Part shown: positions 1 through 9,054 of the stretch, one piece after another
Numbering within the stretch: position 1 is the stretch's first letter
Layout: each line of letters starts with the position of its first letter
Assembly (NCBI GenBank): GCA_963667465.2
Contig: CAXXDN010000001.1
Coordinates: 608,001 to 672,000 of the forward strand
Reading direction: 5' to 3'
DNA: 64,000 nt
Source: Dehalococcoidia bacterium
Lineage (GTDB): Bacteria; Chloroflexota; Dehalococcoidia; UBA2979
Notes under the pieces: generated by a model
The model's input: the letters and a program-made list of their open reading frames with translations, nothing else
Told to the model about the DNA's origin: nothing
Databases searched by the model: none
Made by a program: the position numbers and the translations under genes

Positions 1-242
1 TCCTCGACGAGCTCACCCACGAGGGCTGCAGCATCCTGATCGCCACGCACGATCTCGCGTGCGTGGCCAGCGCCTGCGACGAGGCGTGCTGCCTCAACCG
101 CCGCGTGCAGGGCTACGGCCCGCCCGCCGACGTGCTCACGGAGGACGTGCTCTCGCGCACCTTCGAGCGCGCGCTCGTCCCGGTCGGCGCGGAACGGGAG
201 TTCATTGTTCCGGAGGGCAACGGGAGCGCCGGAGCGAGCTGA
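1..242 (+). CDS. Metal (Zn/Mn) ABC transporter ATP-binding protein, 3' end (partial)
   Basis: Frame from nt 3 reads LDELTHEGCSILIATHDL...CCLNRR (ABC H-loop), stop TGA 240-242; directly upstream of a ZnuB-type permease. Confidence 0.85.
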   Translation, partial: LDELTHEGCSILIATHDLACVASACDEACCLNRRVQGYGPPADVLTEDVLSRTFERALVPVGAEREFIVPEGNGSAGAS

Positions 243-254
243 GGGCGGTCGAAG

Positions 255-1106
255 GTGGAGCTTGCGGAATGGCTGATTGAGCCGTACGAGTACGAGTTCA
301 TGCAGCGCGCGTTGGCCTCGCTGCTGATCGTCAGCCTGGTCGGCTCGGTGGTCGGGACGTTCGTCGTGCACAAGGGGCTGGCGGCCTCGGGCAGCGGGCT
401 CGCGCACGCGACGCTGGCGGGCGTCGCGATCGCCTTCGTCAACGGGGCGAGCGTGGCGCTCGGCGCGCTCGCCGCGGCCGTCGCGACGGCGCTCGGGATC
501 GGCTACGTACGCCGCACCTCGCGCGTCAGCTACGACACGGCGATCGCGATCTTCTTCGTCTCCGCCTTCTCGCTCGGCATCCTCGTGATCTCGCGCCGCT
601 CGAGCTACACGCCGGACCTGGTGTCCTTCGTATTCGGCGACATCCTCGGCGTCTCCCGGGCCGACCTGCTGGGCGAAGTGATCCTGGCCGTCGTCGTGGT
701 TGGCTTCGTGCTCGCCTTCTACCGCGAGCTGGTAATGGTCGCCTACGACCCAGCGATGGCGGCGGCGGCCGGGGTGCGGACGGCGTTCTTCGAGTTCTCG
801 CTGCTGGTGCTGATCGCCCTCGCGGTGGTGGTGGCATTGCAGGCGATCGGCATCGTGCTGGTCACGGCGACGCTGATCATCCCGCCGGCGACGGCGAGCC
901 TGCTGTTCCGGCGGATTCCGCGGATCATGGCGGCGAGCTTCCTGATCGGGGTGGCCAGCTCGGTGTTCGGGTTGTACGCCTCGTTCCACGCGGGCGTCGC
1001 CGCCAGTCCCGCAGTCGTGCTCTCTGCCACGGCCGCCTTCGCCGTCGTCCTCGTCGCCACCTCGCTGCGGCGTACGCGCCTCCCGGCTGCCGCGACCGCC
1101 GAGTAG
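255..1106 (+). CDS. Metal ABC transporter permease (ZnuB/MntB family)
   Basis: 283 aa, hydrophobic; FMQRAL, LAHATLAG, LVSFVFGDIL, YDPAMA, LIIPPATA motifs. Confidence 0.92.
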   Translation: MELAEWLIEPYEYEFMQRALASLLIVSLVGSVVGTFVVHKGLAASGSGLAHATLAGVAIAFVNGASVALGALAAAVATALGIGYVRRTSRVSYDTAIAIFFVSAFSLGILVISRRSSYTPDLVSFVFGDILGVSRADLLGEVILAVVVVGFVLAFYRELVMVAYDPAMAAAAGVRTAFFEFSLLVLIALAVVVALQAIGIVLVTATLIIPPATASLLFRRIPRIMAASFLIGVASSVFGLYASFHAGVAASPAVVLSATAAFAVVLVATSLRRTRLPAAATAE

Positions 1107-1291
1107 GGTGGACCACCTTCGTGGAGGCGCCCGCGCGCTCCCTCACACGCCCGTAACAAGGCCATGCGACGCTGGATGCACCGTCACCGCCGCCGGTTGA
1201 GCGGCGGGAGGGGTATACGTAGGCTGAGTGTGCTCCCCGATTCCGGCGAGCGAGCGCTCGAGGCCGCTCGATCGGGACAGCTGGCGAGGCG

Positions 1292-2785
1292 ATGGTCGCA
1301 GAACTTGTAGGCAGCGAGGCGGAGCCGTCACCCGTGGCGGAGCCCGCGCCTCGCAAGCGACCGGAACGCCCGAACGTCGACCGCAAGGCGCGGCTGCAGC
1401 TGGAGCCGAAGCTGCCCGCCAAACAGCCGCCCGAGGTCCGCACCGGCAACTGGGACGAGACCTTCCACCTCTTCGATCCGGAAACCGCCAAGGCCGAGGC
1501 GCTGCGCTGCATCCAGTGCCCCGCCGCCCCCTGCCAGGTTGCCTGCCCCGTCGGGAACGACATCCCCGCCTCGTTCTGGCTGCTCGAGCAGGGCGACTTC
1601 GACGGCGCCGCCAACGTCTTCCGCGAGACCAGCGAGCTGCCCGAGATGTGCGGGCGACTCTGCCCCCAGGAGCGGCTCTGCGAGGGCCACTGCGTCGTCG
1701 GCAAGAAGGGCGAGCCGGTCGCCATCGGGAAGCTCGAGACGTTTGTCACGGAGTGGCAGCTGGCCAACGGCAACCCGCCGCCCGCGACGGTCGCTCCCGC
1801 GAGTGACAAGAGCCTCGCGATCATCGGATCGGGGCCGGCCGGCATCGGTGTCGCCGAGCGCGTCGCGCGGTCCGGCCATCGCGTCGTCGTGTACGACGCC
1901 TGGCCGGTGGCGGGCGGGCTGCTGCACTACGGCATCCCCAACTTCAAGCAGAACAAGGCCAGCGTCGCCGACCGCATCGAGCGCCTGCGCGACCTCGGCG
2001 TCGAGTTCGTGCTCGGCGTACGCGTCGGCGAGGACATCGCCTTCGAGGAGCTCGAGCGCGAGTACGATGCCGTCTTCGTCGCGGCCGGGGCGATCGAGGG
2101 CGTGCGACTGGGGCTGGAACACGAGGATGCGCCCGGCGTCTACGAGGCGACGGAGTTCCTGGTGCGCGGCAACCTGCCCCCCGAGGATCTGCCGGAGCAG
2201 CTGCGCGATCCGCTGCCGCCGCTGCGCAGCGTGGTGGTGGTCGGCGGCGGCGACACCTCGATGGACTGTGTGCGCACGGCGGTGCGGCTTGGCGCGGAGG
2301 AGGTGCGGCTCGTCTATCGCCGCACGGAGCAGGAGATGCAGGGCCGCGAGGAAGAGCGCATGCACGCCCACGAAGAGGGCGTGATCTTCGAGTTCCTCAC
2401 CTCACCCACGGCGATCCTCGCGGATGCCGAGGGCGCGTTCCGCGCGCTGCGCTGCCAGCTCATGGAACTCGGCGAGCCCGACGAGAGCGGGCGCGCCCGC
2501 CCCGAACCGATCGGCGGCAGCGGCTTCGAGATCGAGGCCGACGCGCTCGTGCTCGCCATCGGTTACAACGTCGAGGACGGCTGGGGCGAGGTCGCACCCG
2601 CCGTCGAGCGCGACCCCTGGGGCCGCTTCACCGTCGACCCCCGCACGATGCGCACGAACCGCCCGGGCGTCTTCGCCGGCGGCGACGACGTGAACGGCGC
2701 CGACCTCGTCGTCACCGCCCTCGCCGACGCCCACGTCGCCGCCGCCAGCATCGAGGAGTGGCTGAGCGCCGGCGGGGACTGGTAG
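1292..2785 (+). CDS. GltD/SudA/NfnB-like NAD(P)-dependent Fe-S flavoprotein
   Basis: CIQCPAAPCQVACP and CGRLCPQERLCEGHC Fe-S motifs, GSGPAG, YGIPNFK, GGGDTSMDC, YRR, FAGGD. Confidence 0.88.
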   Translation: MVAELVGSEAEPSPVAEPAPRKRPERPNVDRKARLQLEPKLPAKQPPEVRTGNWDETFHLFDPETAKAEALRCIQCPAAPCQVACPVGNDIPASFWLLEQGDFDGAANVFRETSELPEMCGRLCPQERLCEGHCVVGKKGEPVAIGKLETFVTEWQLANGNPPPATVAPASDKSLAIIGSGPAGIGVAERVARSGHRVVVYDAWPVAGGLLHYGIPNFKQNKASVADRIERLRDLGVEFVLGVRVGEDIAFEELEREYDAVFVAAGAIEGVRLGLEHEDAPGVYEATEFLVRGNLPPEDLPEQLRDPLPPLRSVVVVGGGDTSMDCVRTAVRLGAEEVRLVYRRTEQEMQGREEERMHAHEEGVIFEFLTSPTAILADAEGAFRALRCQLMELGEPDESGRARPEPIGGSGFEIEADALVLAIGYNVEDGWGEVAPAVERDPWGRFTVDPRTMRTNRPGVFAGGDDVNGADLVVTALADAHVAAASIEEWLSAGGDW

Positions 2786-2813
2786 GCGGGACCGTCGGCC
2801 ACAGGGTGCGGGG

Positions 2814-2864
2814 TGGGAGTCCGGTAGCGCGTTCGCTGTGCGCATCGTTGACTATCGCGCGTAG
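2814..2864 (+). pseudogene. C-terminal remnant of a HigB-type (RelE family) toxin
   Basis: Reads WESGSAFAVRIVDYRA-stop, like the HigB ending W.DGDAYDVEIVDYH; no start or N-terminus; immediately upstream of higA. Confidence 0.7.
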
Positions 2865-2875
2865 GAGCGATTGAC

Positions 2876-3163
2876 ATGTTGCCGGAGCAGCGCATCCCGA
2901 CCCACCCCGGCGAGATCCTCGCGGAGGAGTTCCTGAAGCCACTCGGCCTCACGCAGGTCGCGCTGGCGGATCACATCGGCGTGCCCGTGCAGCGGGTGAA
3001 CGAAGTCGTGCGCGGGAAGCGCGGGATCACGGCGGAGACGGCCTGGCTGCTCTCCGGCGCGTTCGGGACGACGCCGGGCTTCTGGATCAACCTCCAGACG
3101 AGCTACGACCTTGCCACGAGGCGGCCCGACCGGCAGGTGGAGCCACTGGGCCTGACCGGGTAG
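2876..3163 (+). CDS. higA: HigA family addiction-module antitoxin (HTH)
   Basis: PTHPGEILAEEFLKPLGLTQ..LA..IGVP..RVNE..RGKRGITAETA..L..AFGTTP.FWINLQ..YDL; RBS AGGAG. Confidence 0.93.
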   Translation: MLPEQRIPTHPGEILAEEFLKPLGLTQVALADHIGVPVQRVNEVVRGKRGITAETAWLLSGAFGTTPGFWINLQTSYDLATRRPDRQVEPLGLTG

Positions 3164-3302
3164 CGCCACGGAGCCACACCTGCGTCCAGCCCCTGGCGCC
3201 GATCGCAGAGATGCGGCTCGGATCGCCTCGCGCTAGAGTGCGGAGACGAACCGATCAACGAGGACAGGGCGCCCTCGCGGCGCAATGACGAGGGGGATTG
3301 AG

Positions 3303-3755
3303 ATGGCGATCGCAGTGGGCCAGGAGGCCCCGGACTTCACGTTGCCCAACGAGGACGGCGAAGAGATCACGCTCTCCGCACTGCGCGGGTCGCCGGTGGT
3401 GCTGGTCTTCTACACCTTCGACTTCTCCGGCATCTGCACCGGCGAGCTGTGCGAGATCCGCGACGACTACAGCGAGTGGATGGACCTCGGCGCGCAGGTC
3501 TTCGGCATCAGCCGCGACAGCCGCTTCTCGCACGCGGCCTACAAGGAGGCGCACCAGCTCCCGTACTCGCTGCTCGCGGACATCAAGGGCGAGACCGCGA
3601 AGGCCTACGACACCTGGAACGAGGGTCTCTGGGCCGCCGAACGGCTGACCGTCGTGATCGACAAGGACGGCTCGATCGGGCACATCGTCAAGAACCCGAT
3701 CCCGGACGCGCGCGACCACTCGGCGATCGGCGAGGCCGTCAAGGCCGCGCTCTAG
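3303..3755 (+). CDS. Peroxiredoxin (AhpC/TSA family, AhpE/BCP-like)
   Basis: GQEAPDFTL, VLVFY..DFSGICTGELC, GISRDS, ERLTVVIDKDG; ATG 3303 after GGGGG RBS. Confidence 0.9.
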   Translation: MAIAVGQEAPDFTLPNEDGEEITLSALRGSPVVLVFYTFDFSGICTGELCEIRDDYSEWMDLGAQVFGISRDSRFSHAAYKEAHQLPYSLLADIKGETAKAYDTWNEGLWAAERLTVVIDKDGSIGHIVKNPIPDARDHSAIGEAVKAAL

Positions 3756-3774
3756 CAGCCACCACGGCGCGCAC

Positions 3775-4185
3775 GTGGCCCTCGATTTTCACTCGCTCGC
3801 GCGAGGCGACGCGCTCGGGCCATTCGCGCTCAGCGTGAGCGCGGACGAGGCGCGCGCCTACCTCGACGCCACCGGCGAGCCGGCCGAGCGCTGGACGGAC
3901 GCCGTCCCGCCGCTCGCGCAGGGTGCGCTCCTGCTCGGCGCGCTGCTGGAGCGGATGGCGCTGCCGGCCGGCGCGCTGCACACCGGCCAGGAGTTCGCCT
4001 TCCTCCGCGCCGTCGCCCCCGGCGAGCCGCTCGAGGGGCGCATCGCGGTCGCGCAGCACAGCGAGCGCCGGGGCTCCGTGATCGCCGCCTTCGACCTCGA
4101 GCTGCGCGACGCGGACGGCGAGCCGGTGCTGCGCGGCCGCAGCACCGTGATCGCGCCCGCCCGCGAGGAAGGCGCGGCCTCGTGA
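3775..4185 (+). CDS. Hot-dog fold protein (MaoC-like partner subunit)
   Basis: VPPLA, LHTGQEFAFLRAVAPGE motif; overlaps next MaoC gene. Confidence 0.75.
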   Translation: MALDFHSLARGDALGPFALSVSADEARAYLDATGEPAERWTDAVPPLAQGALLLGALLERMALPAGALHTGQEFAFLRAVAPGEPLEGRIAVAQHSERRGSVIAAFDLELRDADGEPVLRGRSTVIAPAREEGAAS

Positions 4186-4577
4186 GTGCCGAGGCGCCCA
4201 CCGTCGCGCCCGTGACGCGGCTGATCGACCAGGATCGCGTCGATCGCTACGCGGTCGCGGCGCGCGACCCGAACCCGATCCACACCGACGCCGAGTTCGC
4301 CGCCGCCAGCGACTTCGGCGGCCGCATCGCGCACGGGATGCTCGTGCTCGCCCTCGTCTCCGAGGCTTTGGCCGGCGCCTTCGGACGGCGCTGGGCGGAA
4401 AGCGGCTCGCTGCGCGTGCGCCTGCGCGCGCCCGCGGTGCAGCCGGTCGAGGTCACCGCGCACGCCGAGCCTCGCGGCGTCGCCGACGGCGTCGCCAGCT
4501 ACGACGTGCGCTGCGAGACGGCGGACGGCGCCGTGCTGCTGAGCGGCACGGCCACGGTCGCCCTTGGCGACGCGTGA
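4182..4577 (+). CDS. MaoC family dehydratase
   Basis: Hydratase-2 motif YA.AARDPNPIHTD..FA...FGGRIAHGM. Confidence 0.88.
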   Translation: MSAEAPTVAPVTRLIDQDRVDRYAVAARDPNPIHTDAEFAAASDFGGRIAHGMLVLALVSEALAGAFGRRWAESGSLRVRLRAPAVQPVEVTAHAEPRGVADGVASYDVRCETADGAVLLSGTATVALGDA

Positions 4578-4598
4578 GCGTGAGCGCGCGCGTGCCGC

Positions 4599-4772
4599 AT
4601 GCTGATCGACCACGGCTTCGGGTCGCCTGGCCTGCAGCGCATCGTGATCCAGGCGGGACACGACAACCTCCAAAGCCGCGCGGTCCCGGAGCGCCTCGGC
4701 TTCCGTCTGGAGGAGGAAGCGGAAGTCGCCCGCTACGCCCTCGACAGCAGCGAATGGTCGCCCGATGACTGA
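4599..4772 (+). pseudogene. Truncated RimL/RimJ-type GNAT acetyltransferase (C-terminal fragment)
   Basis: (ACR)MLIDHGFGSPGLQRIVIQAGHDNLQSRAVPERLGFRLEE..YAL...EW; in-frame TGA at 4581 upstream; not in ORF track. Confidence 0.7.
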
Positions 4773-5247
4773 CGATCGCAGCGAGGAGGGCATCGACCCG
4801 GCGCTGCGCGAGCAGTACTGCTTCGGCTGCGGGCGGCACAACCCGCTCGGTTTCCACCTCGAGTTCGAGCGCGACGGCGGCGACGTCGTCGCGAGCTATA
4901 CGCCGCGACGCGAGGACAGCGGCTACCCCGGTCTGATGCACGGCGGCCTCGCGACGCTGCTGCTCGACGAGGCGATGGGTTGGGCGATGTACGCCGACCG
5001 CGTCTTCGCCGTGACCGCGCGCATGGCGACGCGCTTCCGCAGCCCCGTCACGCTCGACCGCCCGCTGCTGGTGCGCGGCCGCATCGACCGCCAGCGAGGA
5101 CGCCGCATCGAGGTCAGCGCGGAGCTCTACGACGAGGACGGCGCGCGCATCGTCGAGGCCTCGGGCCTGTTCCTGCGCATGGATGCCGAGGCGGAGGCGC
5201 AGGCCCGCGAGGTGATGCGCAGCGAGTTCGGCACGACGCTGGACTGA
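4765..5247 (+). CDS. PaaI family thioesterase
   Basis: CFGCG..NPLG, GYPGLMHGG..ATLLDEAMG. Confidence 0.9.
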   Translation: MTDDRSEEGIDPALREQYCFGCGRHNPLGFHLEFERDGGDVVASYTPRREDSGYPGLMHGGLATLLLDEAMGWAMYADRVFAVTARMATRFRSPVTLDRPLLVRGRIDRQRGRRIEVSAELYDEDGARIVEASGLFLRMDAEAEAQAREVMRSEFGTTLD

Positions 5248-5262
5248 GTGGTCCGGCTCTGC

Positions 5263-5285
5263 GGGGGGCTGCGCCCCCACGCCCC
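5263..5285. repeat. Dispersed GGGGGGCTGCGCCCCCACGCCCC palindromic repeat (family 2)
   Basis: 23/23 identical to the reverse complement of 61311-61333; related copies at 61102-61122 and 61126-61150. Confidence 0.8.
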
Positions 5286-5375
5286 TGCCGGAGCCCCGAG
5301 GCCACACCCGCGCCCCGAGGCCTGTCCGGCCCTCTGCGCTTTGGGGAGGGTTCTTGGTAGGGACAGGGCGTCGGA

Positions 5376-5551
5376 CTACAGGCCGATTCTGCCTTCACGA
5401 TCTCCCACGAGACGGTGCCCTCAACCTTGGCGAGCCGAAGGCGCTCAAGGCCAATCCGCAGGTCTTCGGCGTCCTCGCAAGCCTCGCAGACCTCGTCGCC
5501 CTCGCAGGCGTCGTGGTTGGCGGGGTCGCGGCGGTCGTGTTCGGCGGGCAT
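5376..5551 (-). pseudogene. Degenerate/frameshifted antitoxin-like fragment
   Basis: EDAEDLRIGLERLRLAKVEGTVSWEIVKAE followed by TCGGCCTGTAG; restoring one base gives KAELGL-stop, a typical RelB/Phd-type antitoxin ending. Confidence 0.55.
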
Positions 5552-5579
5552 GCTCGTCCAGTTGTGCACGCGCTCGTAC

Positions 5580-6206
5580 TCACGCCTCCGGCGTGATCGT
5601 CTCCACGGCGCGCCACATGTACCAGGAGGCGACGGTGCGGTACGGCGACCAGGGGGCGCCGATCTCGCGAGCCCGTGCGGGCGTCGGCGTCTCCGGCAGG
5701 CCGTAGGCCGCCTGCATGCCGTTGCGCACGCCGAGATCGCCCGTGGGCAGCACGTCGGGGCGGCCCAGCTCGAACATCAGGAACATGTGCGCCGACCACT
5801 CGCCGATGCCGCGCACGGCGGTCAACCGCTCGATCACCGCGGCGTCGTCGAGGTCCTCGAGGGCGGCGAAGTCGATCGAGCCGTCCAGGCAGTGCTGCGC
5901 GAGGTCGCGCAGGTAGCTCGCCTTCTGGCGCGAGACGCCGGCGCCGCGGAACTCCTCGTCGCTGGTCGCGAGGATGGCATCCGGCTCGGGGGTGCGCTGC
6001 TCATCGCCGTGGAGGGCGAAGAAGCGGCGCTGGATTGCCCGGGCAGCCGCGCCCGCGAGCTGCTGGAAGAGGATCGAGCGCACCATCGAGGCGTACGGGT
6101 CGCCGCCGGGGCGTGGCCGGTAGGGCCCGTGCTCCTCGATCAACGCTCCCACGACCGGGTCGGCCTCGCGCAGGTGCGCGTAGGCGGCTCGAAGCGAGAA
6201 GCGCAT
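5580..6206 (-). CDS. alkA: DNA-3-methyladenine glycosylase II (AlkA family)
   Basis: SILFQQLAG.AA, HhH LTAVRGIGEWSA, RPDVLPTGDLGVR, WSPYRTVASWYMW; start could be 6218. Confidence 0.9.
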   Translation of the reverse strand: MRFSLRAAYAHLREADPVVGALIEEHGPYRPRPGGDPYASMVRSILFQQLAGAAARAIQRRFFALHGDEQRTPEPDAILATSDEEFRGAGVSRQKASYLRDLAQHCLDGSIDFAALEDLDDAAVIERLTAVRGIGEWSAHMFLMFELGRPDVLPTGDLGVRNGMQAAYGLPETPTPARAREIGAPWSPYRTVASWYMWRAVETITPEA

Positions 6207-6237
6207 GCGGCGTGGCATCGGCGCATCCTACGCCGCG

Positions 6238-6393
6238 TCAGGAGCGTGCGCCCTCGCGGCGGTCGGGAACGCGGGCGAGCCAGTGCTCGGCCGCGCGTGG
6301 GGAGCGCAGGCGCACGCGCAGCATCGTGCGCCGCCGCCAGCCGCGGACGAGGAAGGGGTAGTCGAGCCAGACGACCGTCGCCGACCGCGTCGC
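6238..6393 (-). pseudogene. Internally deleted remnant of an adenylate kinase/FlaR-like protein
   Basis: ATRSATVVWLDYPFLVRGWRRRT fused to VRLRSPRAAEHWLA; both segments typical of this family, P-loop N-terminus missing, no start codon. Confidence 0.55.
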
Positions 6394-6483
6394 TCATTCC
6401 GCCTGGGCCCCTCCGCGGCGCTTCACTAGACGACGCCGTCCCAGGTAGACCCTGCGCCGCCGACCCCCTGTCGTGGGAGCGAC

Positions 6484-7230
6484 CTACATGTATTGGCCGC
6501 CGTTGGGGCTGAGCTGGGCGCCGGTGAACCAGCCGCCCTCGGTGCAGAGAAAGCGCACCACGGCCGCGACCTCCTCGGGCTCGCCGAAGCGGCCGAGGGG
6601 AATCTGGGCCTTGATGTTGTCCTGGATGTTCTCCGGCAGCGCGGTCACCATGTCCGTCGCCACGAAGCCGGGGCAGACGGCGTTGACGGTGATGTTGTTG
6701 CGCGCCAGTTCGCGGGCGGCCGTCTTGGTGAAGCCGATCATGCCCGCCTTCGTCGCGCCGTAGTTGGCCTGCCCGATGTTGCCCATCTGCCCGATCACCG
6801 AGGAGATGTTGACGATCCGGCCGTAGTTCGCTTCGCGCATGTGCGGCACCGCGGCGCGCGTGCAGTAGAACATCCCCGAGAGGTTCGTCCCGATCACCTC
6901 GTCCCACTCCTCCACGGAGAGCCGCGAGAGCGTGCGGTCGCGGTTGATGCCCGCGTTGTTGACGAGGATGTCGACCTTGCCGAGCTCCTCGACCGCGGTC
7001 TCGATCAGGTCCGCTGCCGAGTCGGCGTCGGAGATGTCGGCCTTGACGAGGACCACCGTCCCGCCGAGCTCGTGGATCGCGTCACGCGTCTCCTCGGCAG
7101 CGTCGGCGTTCGAGACGTAGTTGACGACCACGCTGGCGCCCTCGCCCGCCAGTTCGAGGGCGCACGCGCGCCCGATGCCGCGGCTCGCGCCCGTCACCAC
7201 TGCCACCTGTCCGTCGAGTGCACCGGCCAC
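6484..7230 (-). CDS. SDR: acetoacetyl-CoA reductase (PhaB-like) / 3-oxoacyl-ACP reductase
   Basis: TGASRGIG, NNAGINRD, GNIGQANYGATKAG, C-terminal TGAQLSPNGGQYM (PhaB-like); GTG start after GGAGG. Confidence 0.88.
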   Translation of the reverse strand: MAGALDGQVAVVTGASRGIGRACALELAGEGASVVVNYVSNADAAEETRDAIHELGGTVVLVKADISDADSAADLIETAVEELGKVDILVNNAGINRDRTLSRLSVEEWDEVIGTNLSGMFYCTRAAVPHMREANYGRIVNISSVIGQMGNIGQANYGATKAGMIGFTKTAARELARNNITVNAVCPGFVATDMVTALPENIQDNIKAQIPLGRFGEPEEVAAVVRFLCTEGGWFTGAQLSPNGGQYM

Positions 7231-7337
7231 GTCACACCTCCCGTCGCCGCACGCGGCGATCCGCCGCAGCGTGCGGCGTGGACTCGCCAACAGGCGTGTT
7301 GTAACGCAGGAACGGCTTGCTGACGACCGCTACGCGC

Positions 7338-9014
7338 CTAGACGGCGGTCGGCGGGACGTATTCGCCCCACTCCTCGCGCAGCACGCCGCACATCTCGCC
7401 GAGGGTCGCGTAGCTGCGCACTGCGTCGAGCACCGGCTCCATCAGGCCGGCGTCGCCTCGCGCCGCCGCGCGCAGCCCGGCCAGCGAGGAGCCGACGGCC
7501 GCCTCGTCGCGAGCGCCGCGGACCTGCGCGAGCCGCGTGAGTTGCGCGTCGATCACGGTGGTGTTGGGGCGGAAGATCGGCGTCGCGTCCTCGTCCTCGT
7601 CGATGTACTGGTTGACGCCGACGACGATGCGCTCGCCACTCTCCACCTCGCGCTGGTAGGCGACCGAGGCCTCCTGGATCTCGGACTGCATGTAGCCGCC
7701 CTCGATCGCCGCGACGGAGCCGCCGATGTCCTCGACGCGGTCGAGGATGGACTGCGCCTGCACCTCCAGCTCACCGGTCAGCCACTCGACGTAGTAGGAG
7801 CCGGCGAGCGGGTCCACGGTGTCGGCCGCTCCGGTCTCCTCGGCGATGATCTGCTGCGAGCGCAGCGCGAGCTGCTGCGCCTCCTCGGTGGGTAGCGCCA
7901 GCGCCTCGTCGTAGCAGGAGAGCGCGAGCGACTGGACGCCGCCGAGCACGGCGGCGAGCGCCTGCACGGCGGAGCGGGTGAGGTTGTTGAGCGGCTGCTG
8001 CGCGGTCAGCGTGGAGCCGCCGGTCTGCGTGTGCGTGCGCAGCGTCATCGCGTTCGGGTTGGTCGCGCCGTAGCGCTCCTTCATCGCGCGCGCCCACATG
8101 CGGCGCAGCGCGCGGAACTTCGCGACCTCCTCGAAGAAGTAGTTGTGCGTGTTGAAGATCCAGGAGATGCGCGGCGCCACCTCGTCCACCGTCGCGCCCT
8201 GCGCGATGCTGCGATCGAGGTAGGCGAAGGCGTTGGCGAAGGAGAAGGCGACCTCCTGCGCGGCGGTCGAGCCGGCCTCGCGGATGTGGTAGCCGGAGAC
8301 GGAGATCGAGTTGAAGCGCGGCGCCTCGCGTGCGCAGTAGTTGATCAGGTCCGCCGCGAAGCGGACGGAGGGGCCGGGCGGGAAGATGTAGGTGCCGCGC
8401 GCGACGTACTCCTTGAGCACGTCGTTCTGCGCGGTGCCGGTGATCACGCTCGGCTCATGCCCTTGCTTCTCAGCCGCCACGATGTACATCGCGACGATGA
8501 TCGGCGCGGGCGCGTTGATCGTCATCGAGGTCGAGATGCCATCCAGCGGGATGCCCTCGAACAGCGTCTCCATGTCCGCCAGCGAGTCGACGGCGACGCC
8601 GACCTGGCCGACCTCGCCGGCGGCCATCGCGTGATCCGAGTCGTAGCCGGTCTGGGTGGGCAGGTCGAAGGCGACGGAGAGGCCGGTCTGGCCGTTGGCG
8701 AGCAGCTCGCGGAAGCGCTCGTTGGTCTCCTCGGGTGTGCCGAACCCGGCGTACTGGCGCATCGTCCAGAGCCGCCCGCGGTACATCGTCGGCTGCACGC
8801 CGCGCGTGAACGGGTACTCGCCGGGGAAGCCGAGGTCGTCGAGGTAGTCGACGTCGGTCACGTCGTTCGGGGTGTAGAAGCGGCGGGCGCCGGCGGACGA
8901 GGTGCGGAACTCCTCGCGGCGCTCGGGGAAGCGCTTCAGAACCTTGGCCAGCGCGCCCTGCTCCCAGGCGTCCTGGGCCTCGGCGATGGCGGTCTGCTGC
9001 TGAGGCTTCATCAT
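7338..9014 (-). CDS. B12-dependent acyl-CoA mutase, substrate-binding subunit (methylmalonyl-CoA mutase alpha-like)
   Basis: [59 protein letters not shown]; no DxHxxG B12 domain. Confidence 0.93.
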   Translation of the reverse strand: MMKPQQQTAIAEAQDAWEQGALAKVLKRFPERREEFRTSSAGARRFYTPNDVTDVDYLDDLGFPGEYPFTRGVQPTMYRGRLWTMRQYAGFGTPEETNERFRELLANGQTGLSVAFDLPTQTGYDSDHAMAAGEVGQVGVAVDSLADMETLFEGIPLDGISTSMTINAPAPIIVAMYIVAAEKQGHEPSVITGTAQNDVLKEYVARGTYIFPPGPSVRFAADLINYCAREAPRFNSISVSGYHIREAGSTAAQEVAFSFANAFAYLDRSIAQGATVDEVAPRISWIFNTHNYFFEEVAKFRALRRMWARAMKERYGATNPNAMTLRTHTQTGGSTLTAQQPLNNLTRSAVQALAAVLGGVQSLALSCYDEALALPTEEAQQLALRSQQIIAEETGAADTVDPLAGSYYVEWLTGELEVQAQSILDRVEDIGGSVAAIEGGYMQSEIQEASVAYQREVESGERIVVGVNQYIDEDEDATPIFRPNTTVIDAQLTRLAQVRGARDEAAVGSSLAGLRAAARGDAGLMEPVLDAVRSYATLGEMCGVLREEWGEYVPPTAV

Positions 9015-9054
9015 CGGCCTGCTCCGTTGCTGTCGCTCGTCGCCTCTCGCGCGG

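Noticed and set aside
3303-3755. Peroxiredoxin with Thr instead of Pro in PxxxS/TxxC; possible selenocysteine
   Set aside because: Catalytic Cys and Arg are present and there is no in-frame TGA; minor variant
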